Source: Candidatus Multivoradales bacterium (GTDB lineage Bacteria > Acidobacteriota > Thermoanaerobaculia > Multivoradales > JAHEKO01). From it: a DNA stretch of 64,000 bases. The notes beneath the pieces are model-generated. The model was given only the letters and a program-made list of their open reading frames with translations, was not told the DNA's origin and ran no database searches. The position numbers were made by a program, and so were the translations under genes. The stretch covers positions 2,080,001-2,144,000 of the forward strand of contig CBDFIJ010000004.1 of the NCBI GenBank assembly GCA_965248055.1, read 5' to 3'. Shown in pieces: positions 1 to 9,380 of the stretch (its first letter is position 1; each line of letters begins with the position of its first letter).

Positions 1-1111
1 CCAAGCGTTGATCGCTGACCAACAATCCGGCGCCAATGGTCGCCAAGTCTTCGCTGACCAAGGTGCCGACCGCGATCAGCGCCATGAGTGCAACCAGTGC
101 CAGACCTTCAATCGGCGCTGACCGTTGGTCGGGGGCTGTGGATGCTTGGCGCAGGCGTTCTGCGGAAGCATCATCGCGGCCCTTGGCGGTGCCGGCCTCG
201 ACATCGCTGAGAAATTCGCTGATCACCTTGGCGACGCGATCGGGTTGGCGGAAAATCATCAGGTGACCACTTTCAGTGAGCTCCAAGGAACTCTGCGGCA
301 CGATTCGATGGTGTTCCAGGGCGGCCTCGACTGGAACTAAGTCGTCGTCTTTGCCGTGAAATACAAAGGTTGGAATTTTTAGCTTGCACAGAATCGAGCG
401 CATCGGACGCTGGTCGGTGTCGAAGAAGTTGCGCGCGTAGTTCAACCCCAACATCGAGTCGTCGAGAAATCCGAAATGGGGAATGCCGTTGTGGATCAAC
501 TGCAACCCGACGAGTTGCAGTCCGTGCATTGCGTGATTGACCGCATAGTTGCCGAACAGCTCGTGCTCTTGCACACCGGTTGCGGCTAGCAAGGTCAAAG
601 ACTCGACTACCGTGTGCTCGGTGGGTTGTTCAGGGTCGAGCAGGTCGATCGCTACCGCCCCGCCGAGTGAGAAACCGACCACATGCGCTTGATCGATATT
701 GAGTCGGGTCAATAATTGATCGACATAGTCAGCGTGTGCTGCGATCGAAAAAGACGGAACTTTGGCCCTGAGTGGGCCGAAGCCGGGTAAATCAGGGGCC
801 AAGACGTGCCATTGCTCGGCCAGGAGCGAACCGACTTGGTTGAAATTGGCGGCTGCACCAGGGCTGCCATGAATCAACACCACGGTAGGGCGTTGGCGCA
901 GGTGCTCCCGCCCCCACTCCAGATAACTAGCAGGGATGTGTTCGCCAGTTCGCGACCCCTCGCTGTCAACCACCTCAAGGGGGATCCGCTGATGCTCCCC
1001 CAGGTCAACGGGGCGAGGTATTTGGCGAACTAAATGGGACGCTGCCAAGAGCACCAGATAGGAGATGAGAAACAGTCGGCCGATCGGGCGTCGCCTGTTT
1101 TCCGTGGTCAT
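1..1111 (-). CDS. alpha/beta hydrolase fused to DedA/VTT membrane domain (runs off window edge)
   Basis: Manual translation from ATG 1111 (ATGA overlap with upstream stop): VVLIHGSPG, APDLPGFG, nucleophile GFSLGG, then LVSEDLATIGAG DedA-like motif near position 1. Confidence 0.8.
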   Translation of the reverse strand, partial: MTTENRRRPIGRLFLISYLVLLAASHLVRQIPRPVDLGEHQRIPLEVVDSEGSRTGEHIPASYLEWGREHLRQRPTVVLIHGSPGAAANFNQVGSLLAEQWHVLAPDLPGFGPLRAKVPSFSIAAHADYVDQLLTRLNIDQAHVVGFSLGGAVAIDLLDPEQPTEHTVVESLTLLAATGVQEHELFGNYAVNHAMHGLQLVGLQLIHNGIPHFGFLDDSMLGLNYARNFFDTDQRPMRSILCKLKIPTFVFHGKDDDLVPVEAALEHHRIVPQSSLELTESGHLMIFRQPDRVAKVISEFLSDVEAGTAKGRDDASAERLRQASTAPDQRSAPIEGLALVALMALIAVGTLVSEDLATIGAGLLVSDQRL

Positions 1112-1911
1112 GCCGGCGATAGATCGGCGGCGTGGTCGGCCGTCACCGGTGAGTCGAGAACCGGAAGATCCAGCACCAGAGGTGCCCCTAGGGCCGTGCG
1201 GCAAGGAGGTCCAGCGGCGTATTCCATGGTCACGTGGTGCTGTGAGACCCGCACCCGGGTCAGACTTACGGTATGCGCGTGTTCGCGGTGCATGCAAGGA
1301 GTCCGTGCACTGGGTTGGCCGCCGCCATGACTGCGTTGGAACGCCAGGAGCTGTTCTGGGTCCGAAGAAGTCACCATAAGCTCATACAAACTGCGTCGGG
1401 TCGCCTCGGCCCCGACTTGGTCTCTGGAAGAAGAAACTACCGGTTGGGAGACCGGACGGCTAGCCAGCTTTTCACCATCCCAACTCCAGCCTAAGGGCGA
1501 TTGGTCGGGGCTAAGAGCGACCAAGTGAAACGATGAGTATCCGGACTTAGAGAGCAGCTCAACCAGCCGTGTCTCGATCTGGTCGACTCGTCGAAATCCC
1601 GCCAAGTTGCGCACTAGAAGCCCCCGACTTCTCGGCAAAGAGGTTGGTTCCGACTCGGGCTTTTCCAGGTAGCCGTTGAGTAGGCAAAGGGTGAGGCCGA
1701 ATTGATTGGCTGCGATCCAGGTGCCGCCACCGGCGGGGTCGGTAGGAGCTAGGAACCGAGCCGCAGTTTGCTGAGGGGCGTTCATAGAACGACTCTGAGT
1801 TTCGCTGGTTTGCAGAGAGGGGGCGATCGCTAGAGGGCGCAAACGCAACTCATCGCGATTGAAGTAGACCTCGTATCCCCACTTCTCTTGCCGCCAAGTA
1901 AGAGTGCACAC
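1108..1911 (-). CDS. NRDE/TANGO2 family protein (Ntn-hydrolase-like)
   Basis: N-terminal MCTL...FNRDE, GGTWI, SRGLLV motifs. Confidence 0.9.
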   Translation of the reverse strand: MCTLTWRQEKWGYEVYFNRDELRLRPLAIAPSLQTSETQSRSMNAPQQTAARFLAPTDPAGGGTWIAANQFGLTLCLLNGYLEKPESEPTSLPRSRGLLVRNLAGFRRVDQIETRLVELLSKSGYSSFHLVALSPDQSPLGWSWDGEKLASRPVSQPVVSSSRDQVGAEATRRSLYELMVTSSDPEQLLAFQRSHGGGQPSARTPCMHREHAHTVSLTRVRVSQHHVTMEYAAGPPCRTALGAPLVLDLPVLDSPVTADHAADLSPA

Positions 1912-2442
1912 TCAGGTCGACTCGTGCCAGTGACGAAGAGTGGACGGCGCGACGCCGAACTGTGGGCCCGGATCGAATCCGGATCGTCGAAGAATCATTG
2001 CGATCAGCGCATAGTGATGCACCGTGTGACTGACCAAGAACTGATATTCACGTCCCAGGGTCGAATGGGCACTGGGTTCATCGTCCGCTTCCTCGGGGAT
2101 ATCGACACGAACGCGCAACTTTCTCCCAGGATCGTATTCGATCGACTTCATTTGCGCATGCAATTCGTGCAGAGAGGACAAGGCGACGCTACGAGAAGAT
2201 TCCAGATCAGCAGATCGAGTACGGGCGTCATAGTCCACTGAGCCGCTCTGCAACCCTCGCAACAGACAGTTGCAGGCATCAACGCAATGGCGCAAATGGG
2301 GGCCAGGAGTCTCCTTGAAGCCCGGTTGCGGGTCGACGCTGGCGTAGAGTTCGTCACTGATCGATTCCAGCAACTCGATCCCTTGCTTCAGGAGTTGTAA
2401 AGTCTGTACCTGCGCGGCGCACAAGGAGGCTTTGGTCGTCAT
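1912..2442 (-). CDS. DinB family protein
   Basis: GPHLRH, VDYDAR, RE..FLVSHTVHHYALI, FGVAPST motifs. Confidence 0.85.
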   Translation of the reverse strand: MTTKASLCAAQVQTLQLLKQGIELLESISDELYASVDPQPGFKETPGPHLRHCVDACNCLLRGLQSGSVDYDARTRSADLESSRSVALSSLHELHAQMKSIEYDPGRKLRVRVDIPEEADDEPSAHSTLGREYQFLVSHTVHHYALIAMILRRSGFDPGPQFGVAPSTLRHWHEST

Positions 2443-2470
2443 CAGGTCACCAAGATCTTGCTGTTACGGT

Positions 2471-3241
2471 TTATCTCTTCAAGCTGCGAAAAGCTGTGCC
2501 GACGGCTTCTTCAAGTCTACTCGCAAGGCGCTTACGGTGCTGGTCGAGGATGGGTTCTACGCCGAACTCGATATCGGCCTTGAAACCACGCAAACTCATC
2601 AATCTCCAAATATGCCGCCCGAACTCCATCCCACCCCACCAGCAAACCACCTCCTTGGCAGGCGGGTCACCGTTCAAGGTTCGGTAGTGGATGGCCGCCC
2701 AGTAGACAGGAATCCCCCCTTCTGCAGCCGGTGCTAACAGCGATGGGCGGAAAGTGGCGACATCATCTCCGCCGGTACTAGTTCCCTCAGGAAACACCAA
2801 GATAGTGCTAGAAGTTTCCAGGCGGCGCCGGATCTCGGCGATGACTCTTGGAATATCGCGCTTCACGTGGCGGCGGACGAAGATGACCTCGCCTACCCGA
2901 CAGAGTTGGCCGAAAATCGGCCAACTTTCGATCTCACTCTTGGCGACAAAGCTGCCGCCGCCCGCGGCACCCAACAACAGAATGTCGATATAGCTGAGGT
3001 GATTAGAGATCAAAAAACCTCCGCCCGGCGGAGGTTGTCCGGTTTGGGTCACCTGAACCCGCAAGATGCGCAACAGCATGCGCCCCCAACTACGCAGAAT
3101 GAAGTCTCTCCAAAGCAAGCGATCGGCCCAGCGCCGGTGCAGCAACGGATAGCGCAACATCCACACGAAAACGATGCCAAAGGTCGCTAGCGCGGCAATG
3201 ACCATGGTCACGCCGGATCGCAGCCAAGCGATCGGCTTCAT
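2471..3241 (-). CDS. lysophospholipid acyltransferase (PlsC/OlsA-like)
   Basis: SNHLSYID (HX4D), FVAKSEI, FPEGT motifs. Confidence 0.9.
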   Translation of the reverse strand: MKPIAWLRSGVTMVIAALATFGIVFVWMLRYPLLHRRWADRLLWRDFILRSWGRMLLRILRVQVTQTGQPPPGGGFLISNHLSYIDILLLGAAGGGSFVAKSEIESWPIFGQLCRVGEVIFVRRHVKRDIPRVIAEIRRRLETSSTILVFPEGTSTGGDDVATFRPSLLAPAAEGGIPVYWAAIHYRTLNGDPPAKEVVCWWGGMEFGRHIWRLMSLRGFKADIEFGVEPILDQHRKRLASRLEEAVGTAFRSLKR

Positions 3242-4011
3242 CGAAAGAACATCTTGTAGGTCCGCTTGTCCATCGCTTCGATGTCAAACAGCATCAGATA
3301 GTCGATGGTCCGAAAGTGTCGGTCGATCGCCGGGCCGCCACAAACCTTGGCTCCGTAGCGCAAATAGACACGAAACAGAGAGGGCAGTGAGACCACCGCT
3401 GAGTCGTCCAGGTCGCCCGGTGGACAGCGAAAGTCGGCGAGCGGTTGGATGAATAACTCAAGGTGAATATGCCCTGCTTGCTCGAGTTGGCGCCACAGAT
3501 CGTGGCCCTCTGAGGGTTCCTGACTGGTTAAAGAACTACAGCCGAACAAAAAGCGTTTGCGGTTATGGGCGACATAGAGCGCCAGACCGCGCCACAGAGA
3601 AAAAAGGGTGTGGGTGTTGCGGTGACTCTCGGCGACGCAGGCACGGCCAATTTCGATCGCGTCCTCCAGTACCTCGGCTGGCATGGCGTCGAAGTCGAAT
3701 TCGGTTGCCGAGTAGTAGCCAAGGTGCGCCTTCGCCATCTCGCCAGTTTGCATGCGGTAACTACCGGCGAGAACCCCGCTGCGTCGATCGACCACCATCA
3801 GGTGGTGGCAACCAAGGTCGAATTCATCTTGGTCACGCTGGGTCTGGTACGACGATTCCAGCCCCTCGCCCAACTCCAAGTTGAAAATCTCGAACCGTAG
3901 ACGCAGAACCTGATCGAGGTCTTGTTCATCACGAGCGAACCGGATTTCATACGGCCCGGTAACGAGCGATTCTGGAGGAAGCTGGTCTAAGAAAGGTGGG
4001 TACGAGGTCAC
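3238..4011 (-). CDS. GNAT N-acyltransferase, OlsB-like (aminolipid synthesis)
   Basis: LRLRFEIF, D.DEFD..C.HL, EIGRACV, LFGCSS, YLRYGAKVCG.PAID motifs; adjacent to PlsC-like gene. Confidence 0.85.
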   Translation of the reverse strand: MTSYPPFLDQLPPESLVTGPYEIRFARDEQDLDQVLRLRFEIFNLELGEGLESSYQTQRDQDEFDLGCHHLMVVDRRSGVLAGSYRMQTGEMAKAHLGYYSATEFDFDAMPAEVLEDAIEIGRACVAESHRNTHTLFSLWRGLALYVAHNRKRFLFGCSSLTSQEPSEGHDLWRQLEQAGHIHLELFIQPLADFRCPPGDLDDSAVVSLPSLFRVYLRYGAKVCGGPAIDRHFRTIDYLMLFDIEAMDKRTYKMFFR

Positions 4012-5861
4012 GGCTTTTCAAAGGCCGAGTGCAGCCGACGAATAGCCATGGTATCCAAGCGCAGAAATTGAAGGTCCCCTCGCTGCTGCACAATTCCCTC
4101 GACCTGGACAGGTTCAGCGATCCGGCTGAGAAGCTCAGATCCTATGGGTTCCTCGCCATTTGGCACAAGTATCACCGCTCGGCGACTATTGCGTTGTTGG
4201 CTAAGCAGTACCGCGGGGATACCACCGCGGATACACAAGGAGGCACAGGCTCGATGGGGCTTTTTGCGGCCGGGTTTCATCACCCCGTAGTAGCACTTGG
4301 CGTCGACGATTTCTCCCCGGAGGGTCTGTGATCCGAGGTCTTGCAAGGAGGGAACAGAGGGTGCAGCTGTGGGCTGTAGTGCAATAGATAGAGTTTCGCT
4401 CGGTATCGGCTCGATTGAATGCACTTCAATCATCTTTCCAGCTTCGCTTCGGATCAAAGACCCAATCACCCGAACTCTCCCAGGGGAGGTCCGTTGAGAG
4501 GAAAATCCATATTTTCCCAGCTCGACCAACAAATACCCGCCTGGGGCGACCGGGGCACCCTTTCCTGAGTCAACGCCAGGTTCAACCCACAGGTGGGGAA
4601 TCGGATCGGAGAGCAGGGTGCCAACCACGGTGGTTTCAACGCCAAATTCAAACACCCCTCGATCAAAAGGCTCCTGCCAAGTTGCCAAGCCAGCGGCCAA
4701 CAGCGCGCTTATCGCGAACAACCCGATGCTGGCCAGGCTCAAAGATCTGGCGATCACCTGTGGTGCCTTGGCTTGATATCCCACATAGAACGGACTCTGA
4801 TCCGGATCGGTCGCTTTCGCCTCTAAACAGGTTGGGCGGGTGCCGGCCGGTTGCGGTCGGGGGTCGATCTGGAGACGACCCTGACTGAGGCGCAATCGAT
4901 AGACCGGGACACTCTCTGTAAACGGCGGGGGTGAGGTTCCTGTTTCAAGTTGGTACTCGTATCCGTGCCAGGGGCATACCGCGCAGTTATTAACCACTCG
5001 ACCCTCGCCCAGAGGGCCGCCCTGATGGGCGCAGACATTGCCCAGGGCGACCAATTGATTGCCGTTGCGAAAAATCGCTACCCGTTCATTACCAGCCAAC
5101 ACCACCTTGGCGCGGCCATCGGCGATTTCTGAGGCCACCCCTGCATCCACCCAGGGCACCTGCTCGGTGGTGTCTGGAGGTACCGAGGCGCCAGCTCGAT
5201 CGTGCACTTGCTCGCGCCAGCCAGCGATCAGGTGCAGACCGCTGATCCACACCACGCTGGCACCCAACACTACAGTCAAAATTGGGTTGCTCTCAGCTTG
5301 AAGAACGCCGAGCGCGATGTGGCCGACCAACAACACATAGGCGACATAGACTGCCATGTGCAGGCTTTTCCAGATCCTGGGATTCAACACGTTGAGCCAA
5401 AAGTCGTGGCTGGTAGCCGCCATCAAGAAAAGCACTGCCAAAGCCGCCAGCCCAAGGAGTTGAAAAGGGAAGAACGCCAAGTCGGAATAACTGCCATTGC
5501 TCACCAAAAGGCTGACCCACGGGGACAGCACTCCCCAGCCGTGAAACTGAATCAAAGAAATCAGCGCGTGAGCCAAGCCAACAATGAAAGTAGCAACCCC
5601 AAGATGGCGGCGGTTGTATAGCAATGGCAACAGTCGTGGACTAAGCCGAGCGAGTGGTCCAATGGAAAGCACTACATTGAGCAGTAAGAAAGCCAGCGTG
5701 CCGAGACCACGAATCAGAAGTGTTTCCAACGTGATCTGGGGATGGGTGATCAGGGCAACGGTTGCGAAGACCGCTAGGTAGACCAGGATCCCAGCCAGCA
5801 GAGTGAGGTCATAGATGCGCTTCTGGCGATTCCAACCGACCAAGCGATAAGTGTGGGCCAT
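4008..5861 (-). CDS. ferric reductase-like TM domain + Rieske 2Fe-2S + C-terminal Cys-containing domain fusion
   Basis: NRRHLG and WKSLH heme-ligand His; CAHQGGPL / CPWHGY Rieske motif; C-terminal KCYYGVMKPG..HRACASLCIRGGIP. Confidence 0.85.
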   Translation of the reverse strand: MAHTYRLVGWNRQKRIYDLTLLAGILVYLAVFATVALITHPQITLETLLIRGLGTLAFLLLNVVLSIGPLARLSPRLLPLLYNRRHLGVATFIVGLAHALISLIQFHGWGVLSPWVSLLVSNGSYSDLAFFPFQLLGLAALAVLFLMAATSHDFWLNVLNPRIWKSLHMAVYVAYVLLVGHIALGVLQAESNPILTVVLGASVVWISGLHLIAGWREQVHDRAGASVPPDTTEQVPWVDAGVASEIADGRAKVVLAGNERVAIFRNGNQLVALGNVCAHQGGPLGEGRVVNNCAVCPWHGYEYQLETGTSPPPFTESVPVYRLRLSQGRLQIDPRPQPAGTRPTCLEAKATDPDQSPFYVGYQAKAPQVIARSLSLASIGLFAISALLAAGLATWQEPFDRGVFEFGVETTVVGTLLSDPIPHLWVEPGVDSGKGAPVAPGGYLLVELGKYGFSSQRTSPGRVRVIGSLIRSEAGKMIEVHSIEPIPSETLSIALQPTAAPSVPSLQDLGSQTLRGEIVDAKCYYGVMKPGRKKPHRACASLCIRGGIPAVLLSQQRNSRRAVILVPNGEEPIGSELLSRIAEPVQVEGIVQQRGDLQFLRLDTMAIRRLHSAFEKP

Positions 5862-5864
5862 AAT

Positions 5865-6023
5865 TTATGAATCGACCCTGGAGTCGAGATCTGTCTCTGC
5901 AGCAAGGCCACTGGACGGTTGGTAATCGGGTCGATGTTGCACTGAGAGCACAAGGATGCCGAGGGCGGCGATTGCCAGAATCCACCATAGCCAGCGATGC
6001 AGAGTGCGCAGTGAGTGAGTCAT
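5865..6023 (-). CDS. small membrane protein (52 aa, not in ORF track)
   Basis: Manual translation MTHSLRTLHRWLWWILAIAALGILVLSVQ...DS*, ending 3 bp before the next start. Confidence 0.55.
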   Translation of the reverse strand: MTHSLRTLHRWLWWILAIAALGILVLSVQHRPDYQPSSGLAAETDLDSRVDS

Positions 6024-6080
6024 AGATTGATACCTGTGGATGCGACCGAATAGGTCCAGTAAGTGATGGTTTCCAGGGTC

Positions 6081-6317
6081 CTATCCACGCTTTCTTGCCG
6101 CCACCCACCGTTTGAGCAGGTATGGCCAAATTGCCGCACTGGCCGGAACAATGGCGAGCCGAAAGCCCCAGGTTGCGGACTCCGCACGGGAATCCAAAAC
6201 GGCTGCGCCGCGCCAAGAGAAGAAAATGGCGATTACCAAGCCGGTGGCCAGGTAGAGGCCGACCAGTAATCCCAAGAATTGAGTGAGTTCCGTAGCCACA
6301 AAGACCATTGTATCCAT
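6081..6317 (-). CDS. small membrane protein
   Basis: Two hydrophobic helices, GFRL.I.P..A.IWP motif, co-oriented with the Rieske fusion gene. Confidence 0.7.
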   Translation of the reverse strand: MDTMVFVATELTQFLGLLVGLYLATGLVIAIFFSWRGAAVLDSRAESATWGFRLAIVPASAAIWPYLLKRWVAARKRG

Positions 6318-6440
6318 TTATAGATGCTCTCTGATAGCTTCGCGATCTGAGAATCGAATCTCAAGAAGCCTCATTTCTAACAACGCAAATTCAAGAACCA
6401 AAGCCAAGACATCCAAAATCCGGAGCTAGCACAACATGAG

Positions 6441-8075
6441 GTGCCAAACATGAACCCAACCCGCATTGCTGAATTGGCGGAACTCGAAGATCGCAGCCCA
6501 GCTCATGCGTTGGTCGAAAACGTCGACTTGGTGATTGTCCGGGCGGACGACCAAGTATCGGTGCTCTATGGACGCTGTCTCCATCGGGGCGCGTTGTTGG
6601 CTGATGGCTCGGTTCACGGTGAGGATTTGATTTGCGGAGTTCACGGTTGGGACTTTCGTTGGGACACAGGGGTTTCCGCATACAACCCGAAAGAGGTTTT
6701 GACCAAGTTTCGCTCTTGGGTCGAAGAAGGTGGGGTTTGGGTCGATGCCGAGGAAATTGCCGACTGGGCGAGTGACCACCCACAGCCGTACAACCGGTCC
6801 AGCTATCAAGGTAATTACCAAGAGCATCGGACCGGTACCCCTGCTGAACCGCACGTCAAGGTGATCAGAGAATTGGCGGCCGACGGGCTCTCCAAGGTTG
6901 GTCATCACGGCCCGGTCAAAGCCATGGGTGTGTCGCGAACCGAGTTGCCGACCTGGGATGATTTGCAGTTCGTCACCGCACAGTTGGCCAAACTGCCCTT
7001 GCTCGATGAGGAACCGGTAGAGACAGAGCTGGTGATCGGGCCCCAAGCGAAGAAACCTCTGCGCCTGTCGATTCCGTTGTTTGTCTCGGACATGAGTTTT
7101 GGTGCCTTGTCTTTTGAGGCCAAGGTTGCTCTCGCCAAAGGAGCTGAGAAGGCGGGAACTGGGATTTGCTCCGGCGAGGGCGGCATGCTTCCTGAGGAGC
7201 AGCAGGCTTGCTCTCGTTACTTCTATGAATTGGCATCGGCCCGGTTCGGTTTTTCCTGGGAGCAGTTGGACCGCGTCCAGGCGTTCCACTTCAAAGGTGG
7301 GCAAGGCGCCAAGACCGGTACCGGCGGCCACCTACCCGGTGAAAAGGTGATGGGCAAAATTGCTGAAGTTCGACAGCTTGAGGAAGGGCAACCGGCGATT
7401 TCTCCATCACGGTTTCCAGACTGGGAGAGCTTGGACGATTTCCGTGATTTTGCCGCTGAGGTTCGGCAACGCACTGGAGGCATTCCGATCGGTCACAAGT
7501 TGTCGGCCCAGCACATCGAGAAAGACATCGACGCGGCCCTGGAAATCGGCGTTGACTACATCATCTTGGATGGTCGCGGTGGAGGCACCGGGGCAGCCCC
7601 GACTTTGTTTCGCGACAACATCTCAGTGCCCACTATTCCTGCCTTGGCGCGAGCTCGAAGGCACCTCGACCAATGCCAGAAGAGTGGTGAGGTAACGTTG
7701 ATTACCACCGGTGGTTTGCGCACCCCCGCCGATTTTGCCAAGGCCATGGCGCTCGGCGCCGATGGCGTTACGGTCTCGAATGCTGCACTGCAAGCAATCG
7801 GTTGTTTGGGTATGCGCGCTTGCCACACCAACAACTGCCCGGTCGGCATCGCGACACAGAAGCCCCATCTGCGGGAGCGACTGCCGGTCGACGAGGCCGC
7901 CGATCGCTTGGCTCGCTTCTTCGGCGCTTCGGCAGAGTTGATGAAGGTACTGGCGCGGGCCTGTGGTCATCGCCACCTGAATCAGTTCACTCTTTCCGAC
8001 CTGACCACCTTCCATCGAGACATGGCTGACTTGACCGGTGTCGAGTACGGTGGCTTCCGGCCAATTTCCCGGTGA
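6441..8075 (+). CDS. Rieske domain + FMN-binding glutamate synthase family protein
   Basis: CLHRG/CGVHGW Rieske; MSFGALS, SGEGG, GQGAKTGTGGHLPG, C-x5-C-x4-C 3Fe-4S motif. Confidence 0.92.
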   Translation: MPNMNPTRIAELAELEDRSPAHALVENVDLVIVRADDQVSVLYGRCLHRGALLADGSVHGEDLICGVHGWDFRWDTGVSAYNPKEVLTKFRSWVEEGGVWVDAEEIADWASDHPQPYNRSSYQGNYQEHRTGTPAEPHVKVIRELAADGLSKVGHHGPVKAMGVSRTELPTWDDLQFVTAQLAKLPLLDEEPVETELVIGPQAKKPLRLSIPLFVSDMSFGALSFEAKVALAKGAEKAGTGICSGEGGMLPEEQQACSRYFYELASARFGFSWEQLDRVQAFHFKGGQGAKTGTGGHLPGEKVMGKIAEVRQLEEGQPAISPSRFPDWESLDDFRDFAAEVRQRTGGIPIGHKLSAQHIEKDIDAALEIGVDYIILDGRGGGTGAAPTLFRDNISVPTIPALARARRHLDQCQKSGEVTLITTGGLRTPADFAKAMALGADGVTVSNAALQAIGCLGMRACHTNNCPVGIATQKPHLRERLPVDEAADRLARFFGASAELMKVLARACGHRHLNQFTLSDLTTFHRDMADLTGVEYGGFRPISR

Positions 8076-8593
8076 CAGAAATTGCTTCATTCCAGTTTCG
8101 CTCTTGGGTTCGCCGCTCTTGCCGAAAGGCGGGTTGGTGGACCGCGGTGACAGTGGCACTGCTGGGCGCAGTAGTGGTGTGGCAGGGAGGGCTCAGTGGC
8201 GCCCCTTTGGCTCGGGCGCTCGGGGTCTTGGCAGCCTACGGGGTGTTGTTCCTGGCCTCCTTGATCAAGATCTGGTGGACCGCTGGAGGTCCTAGTGCTG
8301 GCTGGAATGAGGAAGGTCTGTGGTTTCAAGCGCTGCACAAATTCCGTCCTACGCGAGTGTTTTGGGAATCAATCCTGGCGGGCGGCAAGAAACAGGGCAC
8401 TAACTCCTATCGTTTGGTCGAGCAGCGCCGGGGTGAAGCGCGCGAACGGTTCCTGAATCTGGCGGTAATTCAGAGCCACCATCGGTTCGTCGACGGCTTG
8501 GAATCTCGCTTTGCTGATCTTGGGTTTGAGCCCAGCGCTGTTGGATGGGCACGCCCCGGATGGGATCTCGAAGACGACCACATCCCCACTTAA
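8072..8593 (+). CDS. hypothetical membrane protein
   Basis: GTGA overlap with upstream gene, two TM segments. Confidence 0.65.
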   Translation: MTEIASFQFRSWVRRSCRKAGWWTAVTVALLGAVVVWQGGLSGAPLARALGVLAAYGVLFLASLIKIWWTAGGPSAGWNEEGLWFQALHKFRPTRVFWESILAGGKKQGTNSYRLVEQRRGEARERFLNLAVIQSHHRFVDGLESRFADLGFEPSAVGWARPGWDLEDDHIPT

Positions 8594-8626
8594 ATTGCAG
8601 AACTTGGATCGACTCGGACTACCGAA

Positions 8627-9272
8627 TCACCTTTCGACTTGATCCGACCCGAGGCTGCTGCGCATTGCACCGGGGTCGTCGGTAAAGACACCGGAGAAGC
8701 CGTCGGCTTTGAGTTGCTGGACGGTGTCGAGCGCCGTTGACGGTATGGAGAAACTTGGGCAGCGAAACTTCCGCCAAATGGGAATCCTGGGCCAGTCGAT
8801 GATGGCTGTGGACACTGACTGCGTCGAGTTCACGAGACAAATCGCCGAGACCGGCAGTGTGGTGCCGTACCAAAGGAGTCTCAGATACTCCAGCTGCGCG
8901 TTTGCCCGTCGAGCGCAAGACCTGCCAATCGGAACTAGAGGCAACAACATGACTTAGATTGAAGATCAGCGGAACCAGAGCTGCTGCTGCTCTGCCTTGA
9001 CCCGCTAGCCGGTGTTTGATCTCCAGGTTGAGTGGCTGGGTGGCCGGAATGAGCTCCAATATTCGACTCAAGGTGGGAAGACTGGCCTCGCCCTCTCGTA
9101 GTCAGAGACAGTGGGTTTTCCCACCACCATACCCTCGGGCGTCCACCAATCGTGGCACGCAACCCACTGATCATCGGCGGTCAACTGCAAACCCAACTCG
9201 ATCATGTCTACCCAGCGCCGCGGCACCGCGATGGCCAATGATCCAGAAATTAGCACCCGGGTTAACGTGCAT
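8627..9272 (-). pseudogene. glycerophosphodiester phosphodiesterase pseudogene
   Basis: IIGHRGA, VDMIELG.QLT.D, NLEIK, GVFTDDP motifs spread over several frames; the PENT segment is missing. Confidence 0.8.
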
Positions 9273-9380
9273 CGTCGGCTGCGAACCCTATCGAATTGCG
9301 AATCGTCCGTCTCGACGACAAGCCTCTTTGGGCCAATCAGAGCGATCGAGGTTTAGAATCACTAGGCGGCGGATTCCAAC

